A stretch of DNA of 64,000 bases, taken from Balanoglossus misakiensis. Taxonomy: Eukaryota; Animalia; Hemichordata. The stretch lies in contig CM082581.2 of the NCBI GenBank assembly GCA_040954595.2, positions 558,001 through 622,000 of the forward strand, given 5' to 3'. Shown in pieces: positions 1 to 12,593 of this stretch. Positions within the stretch are counted from its first letter, which is position 1, and each line of letters starts with the position of its first letter. The translations under genes and the position numbers were made by a program. The notes under the pieces were generated by a model. It was given only the letters and a program-made list of their open reading frames with translations. It made no database searches and was not told the origin of the DNA.

Positions 1-8
1 TCGTAGGT

Positions 9-3000
9 TTGTACAGACTGGAGAGAGCAGTTGATTGTAATGTCAGCTCTCCTGTTGACATGAATCAGTGTGACAAATCAGCTGTTGTGCAAAATAGTGC
101 GCCCTCTAGTGGCAACACTTGTGAAAAGCATGATAACAATGGGAAATCTGTTTCCCGTGGCATTGAGAAATTGCCATCACATTTAGTGGATTTGTATCAT
201 CGTAGTGTGCAACATCTTGAGTCTGACGAACAAAAGGAACAAGTACAAACGCTGTTGATAAATAATTCTGATGTTTTTAGCAAGAATGCGTATGACTTGG
301 GTTTGACCGATGTTGTTGAGCACAGGATTGATACACAACAGGCTACCCCAGTGAAAGTGGCACCGTATCGTGCGCCATTTTGGAAAAAGACTGAAATAGA
401 GAGACAGGTTCAATCATTTGTAGACAAAGGCATGTTAGTCGAGTCAACATCGCCTTGGAGTTCGCCATGTTTGTTGGTCAAGAAAAAGGATTCTACACAG
501 AGATTAGTAGTTGATTACAGGAGACTCAATGCAGTCACAATTCAGAATGCCCAACCTATTCCAAGAATACAGGACAATTTAGAAGCAATGCATGGTGCTT
601 GCTGGTTTTCCACCCTTGATTTGAATATGGGATTTCATCAGGTCAAGCTTGATAAGGAAAGTAGAGAAAAGTCTGCAATAGTGACTTCTTCTGGTAAATT
701 GTTGGAATGGACTACAATGCCCATGGGATTGTGCGGTGCACCTGGCACTTTTGAAAGATTGATGGAAAAGGTTTTTCAAGGATTGCAATGGGAAATTTTA
801 TTACTCTATTTGGATGACATTATTGTGTTTGGGGAATCTTTTGAGCAGGAATTGGAACGGTTGCAGACTGTTTTCAACAAATTGCGTGAAGCAGGTCTGA
901 AGTTAAAAGCAAAGAAGTGTACTTTGTTTGCAGTTCAAGTAGAATTCCTGGGACATGTTGTGTCGGCTGAGGGTGTGTCAACCGATCCGAAAAAGGTTCA
1001 AACACTGAGAAATTGGCCCGTACCTACATCTTTGACTGATGTACGCAGTTTTGTTGGACTTGCTTCGTATTATCGGAGGTTTATACAGAACTTTGCGGAA
1101 ATTGCAAAGCCCCTTACAGATTTGACGAAGAAAAATGTCATTTTTGTGTGGAGTGATGAATGTCAGATAGCTTTTGATCGGTTGAAAGATCTACTGTCAT
1201 CACCTCCTGTGTTGGCCTTCCCATCAGAGAAGGGAGAATTTATTCTGGATACTGATGCTTCTCACTCCTCGATTGGTGCTTGTCTTAGCCAAATTCAGGA
1301 TGGAGTGGAACGTCCCATTAGGTTTGGAAATCGTGTACTGAGTTCTCAGGAAAAGAACTATTGTGTCACGCGAAAGGAATTGTTGGCAGTGGTATACTTT
1401 GCCAAGCATTTTAGACACTACTTGTTAGGTAGACCATTTATGATCAGAACAGATCATGCATCTCTAGTCTGGTTACTTCGGTATAAAAATCCCGAGGGGC
1501 AATTGGCCCGCTGGCTAGAGGCTTTGAGTGCGTTTGATTTGTTCACCGTTCAGGGAATAAACACACGAACGCTGATGCGTTGAGTAGGGTACCATTGCGC
1601 CCATGTAAACAGTGCGGTAGACAGCACGGTGACAATTGTTCTGAACCGGTTGAGGATCAGAACGGGGATGACCTGTCTTTTGTTGGGGCAAGGGATCGGG
1701 CCATTGAGGGAGCGGGAACTCGGAAAGGTCCGGTAGAGGATGAGTTTGAGGTTTGGGGACGCCTTGACCAAAAAGGAGGTTTTGTGCACAAAACATTTGC
1801 TCCCGAGGATGATCTGAGTGATGAGAAAATGTGCAGTGATAATGTCATGGTCGACCATGGTCCCTTATGGTCACGGGAAGAATTACGCAAACAACAAATG
1901 AGTGACCCGAACATTGGTTTTCTTATGCAATGTGTGGAGTCTGGTAAGGACAAGCCACAGTGGTCTGAAGTGTCATTTCGTTCGCCTGCGTTGAAGTCTT
2001 ATTGGTCAATGTATGAGCATTTGCGTGTTCATGATGGCATTCTGTACAGGTTATGGGAATCACCAGATGGTAAAATAGTCAGGTGGCAACTGGTGCTGCC
2101 TAAGGTTTATGTAGGGCTGGTCCTACAGACTCTCCATGATTCGTTGTTTGGAGGACATAGCGGTACTGGTCGTACTTTGAGCAGAATCAGGTTGAAATAT
2201 CACTGGTTTGGCATGTCCGTAGATGTGCGCGCTCATGTGAGGGCATGTGATATGTGTGCTCGTAATAAGAAGCAGAGGGTGAGAAAGCCTGCGCCCTTGC
2301 AGTCTTATGTTGTCGGTGCTCCGATGGAAAGAATAGCGATTGATGTATTGGGTCCATTCCCAGAATCAAGTGCAGGAAATAAGAAAGTACTTGTGGTGGG
2401 GAACTACTTCTTCTAAGTGGATGGAGGCGTATGCCGTGCCAAATGAGGAGGCTGTTACTATTGCAAGAGTTTTGCTGGATAACTTTTTGGTATGCCACTA
2501 GAGTGTCATAGCGACTTGGGTAGGAATTTTGTGTCGAATGTTTTTAAGGAAGTGTGTAACCTCCTGGGAGTAAACAAGACATACACAACCCCTAGGCACC
2601 CACAGTCGAATGGTTCTGTGGAGAGATTCAATCAGCAAATTGTTAGTTACATTCGTACATATATGGACCCTCGTGAGAATCAGTCGGATTGGGACAAGAA
2701 CTTGAGTCTTGCCACATTTGCTTACCGTAGCAGTGTGCATCCCTCAACCGGGGAGACACCAAACATGTTAATGCTAGGTAGAGACTTGATATACCCGTTG
2801 GATGTTGCAGTTACATCTGAGCGACCAGATCGGTCGAAGGAGACTGATTATGTTTCCGATTTGAGAGAAAGATTGCATGAAGTGCATGAACATGCTAGGT
2901 CGCAGTTACAAACGACAGCTCGCAGACAGAAAGTGCGATATGATCGTTTTGCTACAAAGCAGGGATTTCATGTGGGGAATTTTGTATGGTTAAAAGATGA

Positions 3001-3580
3001 AAGGAGGCGGAAAGGGTATTCGCAAAAGCTTCAGTTGTCATATGAAGGTCCATATCTGATTATCAGTAGATTGTCTGATGTAGTTTATCGCATACAGAGG
3101 AGCCCACGAGCTAAACCCAAAATTGTGCATTTTGAGAAGTTGAAAGCTTATCAAGGGAAGGATCTCACTTCCTGGTTAGATAAGGTGAACATGTTACCCA
3201 TTGACCAGCGGCTGCAGGTTGGTAAACCTTCAGCTGGGGACTTGCCAACTACTAAAGTTGAAGTGAGCAAGTCAGAAGTAGTCTCTTTCAAAGATTTTGA
3301 TGTTAAAGAGAAAGTTAGTGTTAGCGAAGCTGAAGTTGGCACTGGTCAGGATTCTGAATCAGAGTTTGTAGCTGATTCTGCTGAGGGGCCAACAGAGATG
3401 CAGAAAGAGAGTAGTGCTCCAGATTTAGTTGTAGACAGTGACAGTGTTTGTCACGGTGATTTTGTGGTTGAAAGTCAGGAAGCCACAAGGCAGTCCAAGT
3501 ATCCTAGGCGACAGAGGAAGCCGCCTGAGTTCTATGGTTATAATGCTACATTGTTCAGTGCATTTGAAATGAGAATTTAA
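9..3580 (+). pseudogene. pol: Gypsy pol, disrupted (RT, RNase H, integrase) in three ORF pieces
   Basis: RT motifs SPWSSP, VDYRRLN, YLDDII; RNase H TDAS, ELLAVV, RTDH; integrase HDSLFGGH..CDMC, IAIDVLGP, HSDLG, NGSVER, YEGPY. Frameshift near 1545, stop at 2414-2416 and a further frame break before 2492. Confidence 0.92.
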
Positions 3581-4104
3581 AGTTTTCTTGAGCTTTGAGT
3601 GGTTTTTGATACCAGATTTTTCTGAAGTTTTCAGTGTTTTTCTGAGCCATTTTTTCACTATAGAGTAAGATTTGTGCTTGTTCTGAGATGAGGATTTTCA
3701 GTAGTTAGAGTTTGACAAAGTAAATGCTATTTACTGATTGTTCGACAGATTTTTGCTATGACTTTTGCTAGTGTTATAGTGTTTTCTGTGTTAGTTGCAG
3801 GGGTTGTATACATGCAACTTGTTTGTAGGTAGGTAGGACCTATGACAGATTAGCAGGTTAGTTGTTTAGCTGCTTGGACTTAACATAAGACGATGACAGG
3901 TGTGCATTTAGCACATGGCAGCGGTTTTTGGTTGTGTTACTACGACGACGGTTTATGTTGTTGACAGACAGTTGGGACCTTGCAGTTATTGCAAGTTTTC
4001 CCTGATCGGATTGGTTCAGGGCTGGTTATTCCCCTTTCTTCCTTCTTTCCTATATTTTAGTTATTCCTGTTCTCAAGGGACTTCGAAGCCGAGGTTGGGG
4101 GAGT

Positions 4105-4607
4105 TGTTATGGAATTGCTATTCCATGTGATTTATTATTTGGCATGGTGTTTTTCTATGGCTTCACTGTCGTGGTGACCGTTTTGGGCTGTCTTGTATGA
4201 TTGACAAGGATGGAAGGGTTTCCCCATCTTGCCCTTGGTGTATCTACACCAATTAGAAGTGCGTTCTGGGTCACATGTTTAGCCTCGTTTTTAGCCTGCA
4301 ACCATGTTGTTTTGGAGAGTTTTGGCGTGGATCTGTTGAGGAAGGAACCCCGGTTTCGGCCCTGGGCGACTTTTCCTGTTTAGTCCTGTTTTATCCCTCC
4401 CGGATAGCCGGCCCCGGGTCACCGATCGCGAGATCTGAGACGTGTTTACCTCAGCTGCTCGGTGTGGGCAGATTTCTTCGACGAGACGCTTGCTTTCCGG
4501 CGAGTTCCTACCGCCGCGTGTGAAGACAGCGCTGTTTGTGAGAGGCTCGAGCGGGTCCGTCTGCGCTACCGGTTTTCAATAGGCGGAACGCCTGGGTTTC
4601 CGTCACA
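4105..4607 (+). repeat. Gypsy 3' LTR (~503 bp)
   Basis: Starts TGT immediately after GAGGTTGGGGGAGT (PPT) and ends ACA at the satellite junction; partner LTR is not in the window. Confidence 0.75.
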
Positions 4608-7600
4608 ATATATAGGACACAGACTGGCGTAAGTTGACAACGGTAATCACGTCAGGTTTCCTACGGCCTGGCTCAGCTGAAGTCCCGGCACTCTAGAGCA
4701 GAAACATTGACCACGTTGATCAAGTCAGATTTCCTACGGCGTGACTCGGCTGGTGCACCGGCTCTATATGACACAGACTGGCGTAAGTTATCAACGGTGA
4801 TTACGTCGGATTTCCTACGGCCTGGTTTAGCTGAAGCCCCGGCACTTAAGAGCGGAAACACGCGTACATTGACCACGATGATCAAGTCAGATCTCCTTCT
4901 GTCTGGCTCGACTAAAACCCCGGCACACCATGACAGACACTAGCGTTCGTTAGCAACGGTGATCAAGTCGGATTTCCTTCGGCCTGGCTCTGCAAAAGAC
5001 CCGACACTCTAGTACAAAGACGTTGGCTAAGTCGGGCAAACCGAAGAGGGAAAGTCACAGCGGGTCAACACTCGACATTTGTTCGGGTAGGACTGCATTA
5101 TTGCCTGTCAATTTATAGAGAAAGCCCGAATTTAACCAGGGCGTTTCAAACACCAACGTTAGTTGGGGGCACGGCCTGCAGTACTGCCGGGTAAGCTGAC
5201 ATCGGCGTACCGCATATAATGTAAGGGGGGGGGGAAACAGAACGGTTCAATACTACATTTATTAGATATCAGCTAATTTTGGACAATCATCTAAAATCTA
5301 AATTATTTTTTCATATTTGGATATCTGATGATGTATGAAATTTCCAATTTATGTAAAAATGGTTCTGATTATAAAAAATGCACTCTGAATGAGCTGATTT
5401 AATACAAAATTACGTTTTATTCGTTTTTGCACCTAAAAGGTCATTTTTAGGCAAAACATTCTTTATTTTTTTTAATTCGGTGACCTGATCATATATAAAG
5501 AATTGCTTGTATGTTAAAAGTTTTTATGACTTTTAAAAGCAGTGACACTGGCGGCATTCAACACGAAAATAACAATTTTAGCCACAATTTGGTCAAAATG
5601 GAAAATTTTTCAAAATTACAAAAAAATACCTGTTTTCTACATTTTCGGAAATCTGATGGAGTATAGAATGCTCTTCGTATGTATATATCGATACAAATTC
5701 CACAAAAGACCGTCTAATTTGGCTCACTGCAGACAAAATTGCGTTTTACCAAATTTTCCTTGAAAATGTCATTTTTAGAAAAAAAAAATAAAAAAACCTT
5801 TGTTCTTCGAATTTGGTGCCCCGATCATATATGACATGTTGATTGTATGTTAAAACTTTCGACCACCCCAAAAATGCAGAGATATTGACGGAATTCAAGA
5901 AAAAATAGCCATTTTGGCCATATTTTGACAAAAATGGTAAATTTTTAAAAAATCATAAAAAATTAACTCTTTTCTTCATTTTCGGAAATATTATGGAGCA
6001 TGAAGTGTCGTTCTCTTGTAAAAAGTGCTGCAAATTCCAGAAAAGGTGGTATAATTTGAATCACCCAAGACAAAATTACCATTTTCGACTTTTTTTCGAA
6101 AAATTGTCTTTTTTACAAAATAAATAAGAATAAATTCTTTTCTTAGTTTCAAACGGGTAGAGATACATTCCACACGGGTTTTCTAACATTGAATTCCCGT
6201 TCATCAACTCAGATTTCCTACAGCATAAGTCGGCTAAAACCCTGACACTCTAGAGCAGAAACAGTTGCACACTGGTAACGTTGAACAAGTCGATTTTTTT
6301 ACGGCCTGGCTTGGCTAAATCTCCGTCACAATATGACAGACACTAGCGTACGTTAGCAACGGTGATCAAGTCAGATTTCTTACGGCATGGCTTGAATAAA
6401 GCCCCGGCACTCTAGAGCAGAAAAACGTGTACGGAGACCACGTTGATCAAGTCTGATCTCCTACGGCTTGGCTCGACTAAAACCCCGGCACACTATGAAA
6501 GACACTAGCGTTCGTTAGCAACCTTGATCAAGTCAGATTTCCTACGGCATGGCTTGGCTAAAGCCCTGGCACTCTAGAGCAGAAACACGCGTACAGAGAC
6601 CACGTTGATCTACTCACATTTCCTTCGGCCTGGCACGGCTGATGCCCCGGCACTATATATAGGACACAGACTGGCGTAAGTTATCAACGGTGATCAAGTC
6701 AGATTTTCTACGGCATGGCTTGGATAAAGCCCCGGCACTCTAGAGCAGAAACACGCGTACAGAGACCACGTTGATCAAGTCTGATCTCCTACGGCTTGGC
6801 CCGACTAAAACCCCGGCACGCTATGACAGACACTAGCGTTCGCTAGCAACGTTGATCAAGTCAGATTTCCTACGGCATGGCTTGGCTAAAGCCCTGACAC
6901 TCTAGAGCAGAAACACGCGTACAGAGACCACGTTGATCTACTCACATTTCCTTCGGCCTGGCACGGCTGATGCCCCGGCACTATATATAGGACACAGACT
7001 GGCGTAAGTTAACAACGGTAATCACGCCGGGTTTCCTACGGCCTGGCTCAGCTGAAGCCCCGGCAATCTAGAGCAGAAACAGGCGTACATTGACCACGAT
7101 GATCAAGTCAGATTTCCTACGGCGTGACTCGGCTGGTGCACCGGCTCTATATGACACACACTGGCGTAAGTTATCAACGGTGATTACGTCAGATTTCCTA
7201 CGGCCTGGTTTAGCTGAAACCCCGGCACTTTAGAGCGGAAACACGCGTACATTGACCACGATGATCAAGTCAGATCTCCTATGGCCTGGCTCGACTAAAA
7301 CCCCGGCACACCATGACAGACACTAGCGTTCGTTAGCAACGGTGATCAAGTCGGATTTCCTTCGGCCTGGCTCTGCAAAAGACCCGACACATTAGTACAA
7401 AGACATTGGCTAAGTCGGGCAAACCGAAGAAGGAAAGTCACAGCGGGTCAACACTCGACATTTGTTCGGGTAGGACTGCATTATTGCCTGTCAATTTATA
7501 GAGAAAGCCCGAATTTAACCAGGGCGTTTCAAACACCGACGTTAGTTGGGGGCACGGCCTGCAGTACTGCCGGGTAAGCTGACATCGGCGTACCGCATAT

Positions 7601-9185
7601 AATGTAGGGGGGGGGGGGACAGAACGGTTCAATACTACATTTATTAGATATCAGCTAATTTTGGACAATCATCTAAAATCTAAATCATTTTTTCATATTT
7701 GGATATCTGATGATGTATGAAATTTCCATTATATGTAAAAATGGTGCTGATTATAAAAAATGCACTCTGAATGAGCTGATTTAATACAAAATTGCGTTTT
7801 ATTCGTTTTTGCACCAAAAAGGTCATTTTTAGGCCAAACATTCTTTTTTTTTAATTCGGTGACCTGATCATATATAAACAATTGCTTGTATGTTAAACAT
7901 TTTTATGACTTTTAAAAGCAGTGACACTGGCGGCATTCAACACGAAAATAATAATTTTAGCCACAATTTGGTCAAAATAGTAAATTTTTGAAAATTACAA
8001 AAAATACCTGTTTTTTACATTTTCGGAAATCTGATGGAGTATAGAATGCTCTTCGTATGTATATATCGATACAAATTCCACAAATGACCGTCTAATTTGG
8101 CTCACTGCAGACAAAATTGCATGTTATCAAATTTTGCTTGAAAATGTCATTTTTAGAAAAAAAAATAAAAAAACCTTTGTTCTTCGAATTTGGTGCCCTG
8201 ATCATATATGACATGTTGATTGTATGTTAAAACTCTCGACCACTCCAAAAATGCAGAGATATTGACGGAATTCAAGAAAAATAGCCATTTTGGCCATATT
8301 TTGACAAAAATGGTAAATTTTTAAAAAATCATAAAAAATTAACTCTTTTCTTCATTTTCGGAAATATTATGGAGCATGAAGTGTCGTTCTCTTGTAAAAA
8401 GTGATGCAAATTCCAGAAAAGGCGGTATAATTTGAATCACCCAAGACAAAATTACCATTTTCGACTTGTTTTCGAAAAAATTGTCTTTTTTACAAAATAA
8501 ATAAGAATAAATTCTTTTCTTAGTTTCAAACGGGTAGAGATACTTTCCACACGGGTTTTCTAACATTGAATTCCCGTTCATCAACTCAAATTTCCTACAG
8601 CATAAGTCGGCTAAAACCCTGATACTCTAGAGCAGAAACAGTTGCACACTGGTAACGTTGAACAAGTCGATATTTCTACGGCCTGGCTCGGCTAAATCTC
8701 CGTCACAATATGACAGACACTAGCGTACGTTAGCAACGGTGATCAAGTCAGATTTTCTACGGCATGGCTTGGATAAAGCCACGGCACTCTAGAGCAGAAA
8801 CACGCGTACAGAGACCACGTTGATCAAGTCAGATTTCCTACGGCATGGCTTGGCTAAAGCCCTGGCACTCTAGAGCAGAAACACGCGTACAGAGACGTCG
8901 TTGATCTACTCACATTTCCTTCGGCCTGGCACGGCTGATGCCCCGGCACTATATATAGGACACAGACTGGCGTAAGTTAACAACGGTAATCACGTCGGGT
9001 TTCCTACGGCCTGGCTCAGCTGAAGCCCCGGCACTCTAGAGCAGAAACAGGCGTACATTGACCACGTTGATCAAGTCAGATTTCCTACGGCGTGACTCGG
9101 CTGGTGCACCGGCTCTATATGACACAGACTGGCGTAAGTTATCAACGGTGATTACGTCGGATTTCCTACGGCCTGGTTTAGCTGA

Positions 9186-9451
9186 TGTGACGTACTTTAC
9201 GTCTGGGGTGGATTTATGAACAAGGTTCTGGGGGATGGCAGGGGAAATTACAGGAGCGGGACGCAGCTGTACAACCTTTAAACAGCTTTTATTGAAGGTC
9301 ACTCAAGAAGTGATTTCACAAGCACAAAACGCCAGCCAAAAAAGTAGCAAATTTTGTTTTGGCGGGAAAGATGTCATTTGGTGATTAACTAGGCCTCTGA
9401 TTGGGCTAAAATACTCAGCTCTGATTGGCTCAAAGTATCCGAGCTGTGATC
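9186..9451 (-). repeat. BEL 3' LTR, truncated on its inner side
   Basis: Matches 12287-12552 with about 5 substitutions; the ~41 bp inner part and the PPT are missing. Confidence 0.92.
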
Positions 9452-12255
9452 GGAAGTTTCTTGTCGCTGTTCAACCAATGTAGGACTATTTGACTATCAG
9501 ACCACAGAATTTTCTCTGTGATGCGAATTTTGCCTTGTAGGGAGTTTGAGACGAATTGCAACAGCCTTGCACCGATTGGCGTGGATTGAGCGGACTCGAG
9601 AGGGGTTTTCACGACTGCGTTTAAAATGAATGGCGAGCAAACTGCACCGAATAGAACTACTTTGAAGCGATATGTTTTGAAGTCGCTTTCCGGGTCTGTC
9701 GGATCAGACAACCACAAAAAATTCGTAAATTGACGATCGCTTTCGTCAAGTCGAACATGTAGAAAATCCTTTTCTATGTCACTCGTAAAGGCAAAGCGGT
9801 TTGCGCGAAACCGAAGTAGAATTTGTGTGAGGTCGTTGAGCAGAGGTGGGCCGGTTTGTAAGCAGTCATTCAAACTCGGTGTGTCGGTAGATTGCCTGCA
9901 ACTACAATCATACACGATTCTGATTGGCGTAGTGGCTGAATCTTTTTTCATGGGGCGATGGGGCAAGTAGTGACCGGTGCGGCGCGTATCCATGTCGCCT
10001 GGTACTTCTTCGATGAAATCTCGCGATTCCTGATCAGAAATGATTTTGTCATACGCTTTCAGAATGTCCGGTGAAAGCCTACGCACCATAGAACGCGTGC
10101 GATTATCAGTGACCCCGTAGTTAGTGGGTAGTGGCGGGTGGTTGGACTTCCATGGCAACTTCGCGATATATGTGCCATTTTCGATGCGCAAATGTGTGTC
10201 TCTGTAATCTTCAAAGGTATTGTTATCCATAGCAGCAGATTGCGAATCGTCTTGAATACCGATTGTCTCGACTCGGAGGTTCCAATAATTTTGGAGTTGA
10301 ATCTCTTCGTCGTGCGTGTTTGAGAGAACATGAAAAATCGTCGCATCGCTATCAGACGAATTTGTCTTGTGAACGGGACCGGACAGTATGTAACCGAATT
10401 TCGAGCGTACAGCGGTTGGGCCTGGGCCACGAATAACTCGATCTTCGACAAAATCCCAATAGTAGTCCGCGCCTATTAACACGGAAATCTCGACCGAATC
10501 GGTGTTCGATACCGGGTAAGCAAAGTTTACTCCGCGTAGGTGAGGCAAGTCAGCAACTGATTGCTTGACAAAGTTTTTCATTCGCGTCGAAATCTGCGGA
10601 ATGATGAGAACGTTTATCTCTTTCTTTTCGCCGGAAAGCGTGTGCAATGCAATGGTCGCTGCATTGATCGATCTTTGTCGCGGATATTTGTCACCGAAGG
10701 AAGTCAGTCTAATGACCTCGGTACCGGTCGGTTCTAAACCGAGTCTTGTCGCGAAATCTTTGGTCACGAATGAACGCGTCGCGCCTTCATCGAATAACAC
10801 TGTGGCGTCAATTGTCGTTTGAAATTTCGTAGAGACTGGAACGACCGCGGTTTTCAGGAGAATTGGTCCGTTTCTCGCTTTCTCGCGACTCGAGTTCTCA
10901 GTACGGGCGAACTGAACGTGTGTAGCGGAAGGAGTGCGCGCGTCTTCCGTCGGGGTTTTCGAACTGTCCGAAGCTCGATCAGTATGAAGCGAGGTATGAT
11001 GCTTTCTGTTGCATGAACGGCAACTGAATCTCGATTTGCAATCGTGTACTCGATGCCTGCCGAGGCAGTTAAAACAGAGTTTGTCGCGTTTGACGATGTC
11101 AAGACGTTTCTTCTTATCGGTAATGGTTGTGCATTCATTGGCAAAATGTTGCCCTTTGCAAAACGCACACGATTTCGGTTTATTCACCCTAGCGAAACGG
11201 GTTGCGGATCTAGTGTGAAACGCGGCGGTCATCGACGGCTTGCATTCGTCGTATGTAGAATCGCTGTCGGATTCAGCGGTGGAGAGGCCAGCTTGATGAG
11301 CGTCGATTTCTTTGAGAATTGCCTTTCGTAGGTCGCCGAGTTTCCATTCATTATTACCGTGTTCTCGTGCGATTTGTTTGCGAGTGTTACCGGGAAGTTT
11401 TTCCAAGACTATGGGTACAAGTATATCTCCGTACGCGTCTTCGCTTTTACCGAGAGATTGGAGACCGCGAATATTACTCTCTAGAGTGTCGTAGAAGTTT
11501 CGTAGACTGCTGAGTTCGCCTTCTGGACTCGGCATGTCCCACAGCGATTTCATGTAGGCGCTTATAATCTTGTGTGTTTTGCCATAACGTTCGGTGAGAA
11601 GTTGAAGCGCGTGTGCGTAGTTCGAACTTGTCAATGACAGACCTTCGATCGATCGAGCGGCTTCGCCTTGAAGCTGTGCGCGTAAGTATTGGAATTTCTG
11701 GACGTCACCCAGATTCTTGTCGTCGTGGACAGCGGATTTGAACGCGTCGTGGAAACTGACCCATTTGAGAATGTCACCCGAAAAGACGGGTAGCTGAAGT
11801 TTCGGCAAACTTGTAGTTTTCCTTTGAATGGAGGGTGCCGCGGAAGTGATTTCTTCGTGGGAAGATCGGTCGGGCGATGTCGCTCGCGAATTTCTGTCGA
11901 CGAATCGGCCGATCTTGAGCTTGCTATCGAAAACTTGATGCAAGTAGTCGTCGGTTTCCTCGATCACGCCTTCGAGGTCGCCTTCGTCAACGGATTCGAT
12001 GATCTTCAAGTCTAGGGATGCGAGAATGTCGTATTTCGCGTTTATCACTTCGCGCGTGGTGATGAGGGTATCGAGAGCTTCGATCTTGTCATCGTTCTCT
12101 TCAAATGATGAGATGATATCCTCTGCTTTGTTGAGAAGTCTTGTCATGGATCCACGGTGACCCCTTCGTGTACCTTTCAGCCTGTTGAGCGAGTTTGCTC
12201 CTGGGACCGCCTGAGCGGGTGATGGGTGCTCCTGTTCCTCTGGTTCTGCCATCAT
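9430..12255 (-). CDS. BEL/Pao Gag-protease-partial RT polyprotein (941 aa; lacks RT catalytic YxDD region, most of RNase H and integrase)
   Basis: LPKLQLPVFSGD..W..F Gag motif, three Cys/His knuckles (CAFC..H...C, CFNC..H...C, CRSC..HH..LH), protease LFDEGA, RT YLPH, RIVYD, SLNDCL.TGP, DIEK; jumps to RNase H-like ARL..WSDSQIVLHWL and runs into the LTR. Confidence 0.85.
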   Translation of the reverse strand: MMAEPEEQEHPSPAQAVPGANSLNRLKGTRRGHRGSMTRLLNKAEDIISSFEENDDKIEALDTLITTREVINAKYDILASLDLKIIESVDEGDLEGVIEETDDYLHQVFDSKLKIGRFVDRNSRATSPDRSSHEEITSAAPSIQRKTTSLPKLQLPVFSGDILKWVSFHDAFKSAVHDDKNLGDVQKFQYLRAQLQGEAARSIEGLSLTSSNYAHALQLLTERYGKTHKIISAYMKSLWDMPSPEGELSSLRNFYDTLESNIRGLQSLGKSEDAYGDILVPIVLEKLPGNTRKQIAREHGNNEWKLGDLRKAILKEIDAHQAGLSTAESDSDSTYDECKPSMTAAFHTRSATRFARVNKPKSCAFCKGQHFANECTTITDKKKRLDIVKRDKLCFNCLGRHRVHDCKSRFSCRSCNRKHHTSLHTDRASDSSKTPTEDARTPSATHVQFARTENSSREKARNGPILLKTAVVPVSTKFQTTIDATVLFDEGATRSFVTKDFATRLGLEPTGTEVIRLTSFGDKYPRQRSINAATIALHTLSGEKKEINVLIIPQISTRMKNFVKQSVADLPHLRGVNFAYPVSNTDSVEISVLIGADYYWDFVEDRVIRGPGPTAVRSKFGYILSGPVHKTNSSDSDATIFHVLSNTHDEEIQLQNYWNLRVETIGIQDDSQSAAMDNNTFEDYRDTHLRIENGTYIAKLPWKSNHPPLPTNYGVTDNRTRSMVRRLSPDILKAYDKIISDQESRDFIEEVPGDMDTRRTGHYLPHRPMKKDSATTPIRIVYDCSCRQSTDTPSLNDCLQTGPPLLNDLTQILLRFRANRFAFTSDIEKDFLHVRLDESDRQFTNFLWLSDPTDPESDFKTYRFKVVLFGAVCSPFILNAVVKTPLESAQSTPIGARLLQFVSNSLQGKIRITEKILWSDSQIVLHWLNSDKKLPITARIL

Positions 12256-12264
12256 TACCGGAAA

Positions 12265-12282
12265 ATCCTGGTCTCGGCACCA
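12265..12282 (-). promoter_or_regulatory. Primer binding site (tRNA-His-like)
   Basis: Minus strand reads TGGTGCCGAGACCAGGAT, 4 nt inside the 5' LTR; tRNA identity is from recall. Confidence 0.75.
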
Positions 12283-12286
12283 AAAA

Positions 12287-12593
12287 TGTGACGTACTTTA
12301 CGTCTGGGGTGGATTTATGAACAAGGCTCTGGGGGATGGCAGGGGAAATTACAGGAGCGGGACGCAGCTGTACAACCTTTAAACAGCTTTTATTAAAGGA
12401 CACTCAAGAAGTGATTTCACGAGCACAAAACGCCAGCCAAAAAAGTAGCAAATTTTGTTTTGGCGGGAAAGATGTCATTGGGTGATTAACTAGGCCTCTG
12501 ATTGGGCTAAAATACTCAGCTCTGATTGGCTCAAAGTATCCGAGCTGTGATCCTCAAAATGACTCATGGTCAGAGTTTTTAGCATCTCCGATA
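12287..12593 (-). repeat. BEL 5' LTR (307 bp)
   Basis: Direct repeat of 9186-9451 extending to the TSD; AATAAA and CCAAT motifs on the minus strand. Confidence 0.92.

Larger units (their letters stand above)
1..4607 (+). mobile_element. Gypsy/Ty3 LTR retrotransposon, 3' part (5' end outside window)
   Basis: RT-RNaseH-integrase domain order, polypurine tract at 4091-4104, then TGTTA...GTCACA LTR, after which the satellite resumes (ATATATAGGACAC). Confidence 0.93.
9186..12593 (-). mobile_element. BEL/Pao LTR retrotransposon, internally deleted non-autonomous copy
   Basis: Two near-identical LTRs, TSD GCTGA (9181-9185 and 12594-12598) in the satellite, PBS, BEL-type gag-pro-RT ORF. Confidence 0.94.

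Noticed and set aside
5224-5234. Poly-G tract in each monomer as a functional G-quadruplex or telomere-like motif
   Set aside because: A single variable-length homopolymer; the sequence gives no evidence of function and its length may reflect sequencing error
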